Below are positions 60,910 to 63,616 of a stretch of 63,616 nt of DNA, one piece after another. The notes beneath the pieces are model-generated. The model did no database searches and was not told the DNA's origin. It saw only the letters and a program-made list of their open reading frames with translations. The stretch's first letter is position 1; each line of letters opens with the position of its first letter. The stretch is from a virus (Duplodnaviria; Heunggongvirae; Uroviricota; Caudoviricetes): the IMG/VR virus record IMGVR_UViG_2851982317_000002; one strand, written 5' to 3'. The translations under genes were made by a program, and so were the position numbers.

Positions 60910-61566
60910 ATGGTTATCAAAGAAAGTCAGATCAACAGCACATCTAACATTAATACATCTAACAGCAAGGTTAAATCTGATAACGGATTTGCCATTATAT
61001 GTAGCAACCTGAATAACGAAAATGCATCAACGATAGCCAGTTATAAAGCTATTACTTTTGACGCTGTTCCGGCAACTAAGGTTTCACGTTCTGCCGATGT
61101 TACATCGTATCCTGTGCAGGATGGTAATGATGTATCTGATAATGTCAGGATCAAGAATAATAAACTTATGCTTTCAGGCATTATTACAGAAACACCATTA
61201 GCATTACGTGGTGATATGCTATCAAGTGCAGGGGTGAACGGTAACAGGTGTTCACAGGCTATTACTTATCTTGATGAAATAATGAATGCCAGACAGCCTA
61301 TTATTGTAAGCACAGAGCATAAGACGTTTGATAATATGATTCTGACAGGCATTGACTACGAATATAAAACAGAATCAGCTTTACAGTTTGATTTGCAGTT
61401 CGAACAGATAAGATTAGTGAGTTATGCAACTACTAACGCTATTGCTGTAAAGACCGCATCACCTAAGAGCACAGGCGGACAGGTAAAAAGCCGAGTGCCA
61501 ACCAATGCAGGAACAGCCAGCACCACTAAAGACACCCTTCCGACGTATGACGGAGAAGTGAAATAA
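60910..61566 (+). CDS. hypothetical protein
   Basis: 218-aa ORF, last gene of the cluster before the integrase. Confidence 0.45.
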   Translation: MVIKESQINSTSNINTSNSKVKSDNGFAIICSNLNNENASTIASYKAITFDAVPATKVSRSADVTSYPVQDGNDVSDNVRIKNNKLMLSGIITETPLALRGDMLSSAGVNGNRCSQAITYLDEIMNARQPIIVSTEHKTFDNMILTGIDYEYKTESALQFDLQFEQIRLVSYATTNAIAVKTASPKSTGGQVKSRVPTNAGTASTTKDTLPTYDGEVK

Positions 61567-61640
61567 TCCCTATAAAGAACGATGTAGCGAGATAATCATA
61601 AAAGAGGCTACCAATCTATGTTGAAGCCTCTTTATTGCGT

Positions 61641-62918
61641 CTATGGCGTTGTTTTACGCCTTAAATTTGATTTTTTATTGATTGATAAGCCTTTCTCTAT
61701 TTCAGGGTAGCGTAAAAGCTCAATATATTTTTTAAGCTCTACTGGAGAAGCTGCATTCTTGCTATATGTGCGGAATGTTTCTGTATTGCCGCGCTGATGG
61801 CCCAACATTAAAGCTATGCGGTCCTCTGGAATTTGATTTCGATCAAGAAGCTGTGCTACTCCGTGTCTCAGAGAATGAAACACTTTCCTTTCTGTTACCT
61901 TTTCCCCTAAAGCCTTTCGTTTAGCTCTTGTAAATCGTTGTGTATGCCACGTAGAGCGTTTACCGTCAGCACGCTCTGTAATGCTGGCGTGATAGAACAA
62001 AAAGCCATTGTGAGGCTTTTCACGAAGAGATAACACCAATGGAGTGATAAGGCTATGCACAGGCACAAGACGTGCCGCAGCTTTCGTTTTTCCCTGTGTG
62101 ATTTCAAAACACAGCACACCTTCGATCTCTTTCACATCGTCTATTGTGAGACTTGCTATCTCATTGATCCGCATCCCTGTATATAAACCGATAAGACATA
62201 AAGCCGTCATTTCTTTGTTTTCTGCTGAATTACCGGAAAATACTTGCAACACCTGCAATAGCTCTTTGTTAGAAAATGCCTCGTAGCTCTCTCTACTTTG
62301 TGCCACATCAAGCCTATGCCCTCGCCAGGGGGAGAGCGCCCTTTCTGGCGCATCGTGGTAACGTGATGAAGCTAATTCCCATAGCTGGGCCATTGGGCTG
62401 ATATAATTTGCAATTGATTGTTGTGAAAGAGTTTTTTGCATGTGTTCAATCCAGCCTGTAACAGTGGTGCGGCTTACATCTTGCAATGCAATATCAGGCT
62501 TTTTACGGTAGGAGAGAAACATCTCTACCGCTTTTCTTGCCTTAGCTAAAGTGGCTGGCTTCTTCTTCGTGCTGTTAATTGTCAGGTAGATTTCAAGAAT
62601 TTTAAGCAATGACGGACACGAAGACGCTGTATCTTGCATTCTGGTAGCTGTTTTGGCGTATTTAGCCTTACTGCGTAACAGTTCCAGCGTGTTTTCTATT
62701 GTGCTGTTTACAGGGGCAACACTCTCCCGTAAGCAATGGTATTCATCTGCAATCTGATCACGCTTTCTACGTGCAACACGAAGATTACTTGTGTGCAGAC
62801 TTCTAACAAACGTCCTTTTTCCTTCAAAAAAGGGCTGCATATACACAGGCAACGTGATCCTCAAATAGTAGTTACCGTAAGAATTACAGATTAAGTATTG
62901 GTTAGGCTTGTATCTCAT
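61641..62918 (-). CDS. int: tyrosine recombinase / integrase
   Basis: Catalytic motifs FHSLRHGVAQ and LGHQRGN...Y; preferred start is the ATG at 62918 with GGAGA RBS (track TTG at 63005 has none); adjacent to the degenerate tRNA fragment. Confidence 0.82.
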   Translation of the reverse strand: MRYKPNQYLICNSYGNYYLRITLPVYMQPFFEGKRTFVRSLHTSNLRVARRKRDQIADEYHCLRESVAPVNSTIENTLELLRSKAKYAKTATRMQDTASSCPSLLKILEIYLTINSTKKKPATLAKARKAVEMFLSYRKKPDIALQDVSRTTVTGWIEHMQKTLSQQSIANYISPMAQLWELASSRYHDAPERALSPWRGHRLDVAQSRESYEAFSNKELLQVLQVFSGNSAENKEMTALCLIGLYTGMRINEIASLTIDDVKEIEGVLCFEITQGKTKAAARLVPVHSLITPLVLSLREKPHNGFLFYHASITERADGKRSTWHTQRFTRAKRKALGEKVTERKVFHSLRHGVAQLLDRNQIPEDRIALMLGHQRGNTETFRTYSKNAASPVELKKYIELLRYPEIEKGLSINKKSNLRRKTTP

Positions 62919-63009
62919 AAAATCTCCGGCTAAAGTGTCGGAGCGTTTGTAATGTGAAAATTGATTGTGACGCATAGAAAATGATGATTTTTCTATAAGA
63001 TTCAATCAA

Positions 63010-63081
63010 TTAGTAATGGTCGTAGGTGATGGCATTAACACGAGATTAATCGAGTGTTTTACTCCTATTATCGGCACCATT
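63010..63081 (+). repeat. degenerate thrW 3' fragment (pseudo-tRNA / right att remnant of element 2)
   Basis: 63061-63081 ACTCCTATTATCGGCACCATT is identical to the thrW 3' end; upstream ATTAGTAATGGTCGTAGGT resembles ATTCGTAATGCGAAGGTCGTAGGT, separated by about 30 unrelated bp. Confidence 0.6.
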
Positions 63082-63205
63082 AAAATCAAAGAGTTACCCC
63101 ATATTTAAATACACCACGTTTCCTCCTGTGCCGTATTTGTGCCATTGTAACCTTGGCAATTCATCAAAATACTGTTCTGACATCAGGCAGTGCAGGTGCA
63201 GACAT

Positions 63206-63616
63206 TTAAGCCAATTGCTGCCGCCATTCTTTGACGTAGTCAATCAGGGCGCGGAGCTTTGGTGCAATATTGCGACGCTGTGGGAAATACAGATAGAAGC
63301 CCGGAAATTGTGGAAGAAAGTCATCAAGCAGCGATACAAGCTTACCGCTTTCAATATATGGCCTGAAAGTTTCCTGAGTGGCAATTGTTATTCCTCCGCC
63401 GGCAAGAGCCAGCCTCAACATCAGACGCAGATCATTAGTCGTAATCTGCGGTTCAATCGCAAGGTCGAAAGTTCTCCCGTTTTCTTCAAATGGCCAGCGA
63501 TAAGGCGCAACCTCCGGGGACTGACGCCAGCCGATACACTTATGGGTATTTCCCCCGGAGGCGAGAAAGCGCTCTCCACGCCCGGCCGCAAGGATCAGGA
63601 CGACGGGGGCAGGCAT
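63206..63616 (-). CDS. LysR-family transcriptional regulator, C-terminal substrate-binding domain (partial, N-terminus beyond window)
   Basis: ORF runs off the window end; sequence typical of a LysR periplasmic-binding-like effector domain. Confidence 0.65.
   Translation of the reverse strand: MPAPVVLILAAGRGERFLASGGNTHKCIGWRQSPEVAPYRWPFEENGRTFDLAIEPQITTNDLRLMLRLALAGGGITIATQETFRPYIESGKLVSLLDDFLPQFPGFYLYFPQRRNIAPKLRALIDYVKEWRQQLA

Larger units (their letters stand above)
47122..63081. mobile_element. second integrative element in tandem at thrW (cryptic prophage/island remnant with distal integrase)
   Basis: Bounded on the left by the 46-bp att copy and on the right by a degenerate thrW 3' fragment (63010-63081); tyrosine integrase at 61641-62918; AT-rich; contains an IS66 insertion. 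Confidence 0.55.

Overview
This window is an enterobacterial (E. coli-like) chromosomal segment running from proA and tRNA-Thr(CGU) (thrW) into two tandem integrated elements, ending in a truncated LysR-family gene. Element 1 (about 1399-47121) is a complete-looking lambdoid prophage bounded by a 46-bp direct repeat of the thrW 3' end. It carries int/xis, a cI/cro immunity switch, an O-like replication gene with internal iterons, rusA, antiterminator Q, a holin/endolysin/Rz/Rz1 lysis cassette, cos, terminase, portal, a protease-capsid fusion, lambda-like tail genes Z-U-V-G/GT-H-M-L-K-I-J, lom, stf and tfa. Two AT-rich cargo genes stand out as candidate anti-phage defence loci: a 1484-aa NACHT-like STAND NTPase between tfa and attR (42239-46693), and an OLD-family ABC-ATPase/TOPRIM-like gene on the opposite strand between Q and the late operon (13247-14698). 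Element 2 (about 47122-63081) is a second integrative element with a distal tyrosine integrase next to a degenerate thrW fragment, an intact IS66-family insertion with 8-bp target duplications, a repeat-dense non-coding region and operons of unknown function. All calls rest on reading the sequence and ORF translations by eye and on remembered family features; no database search was run, so product names are family-level hypotheses.
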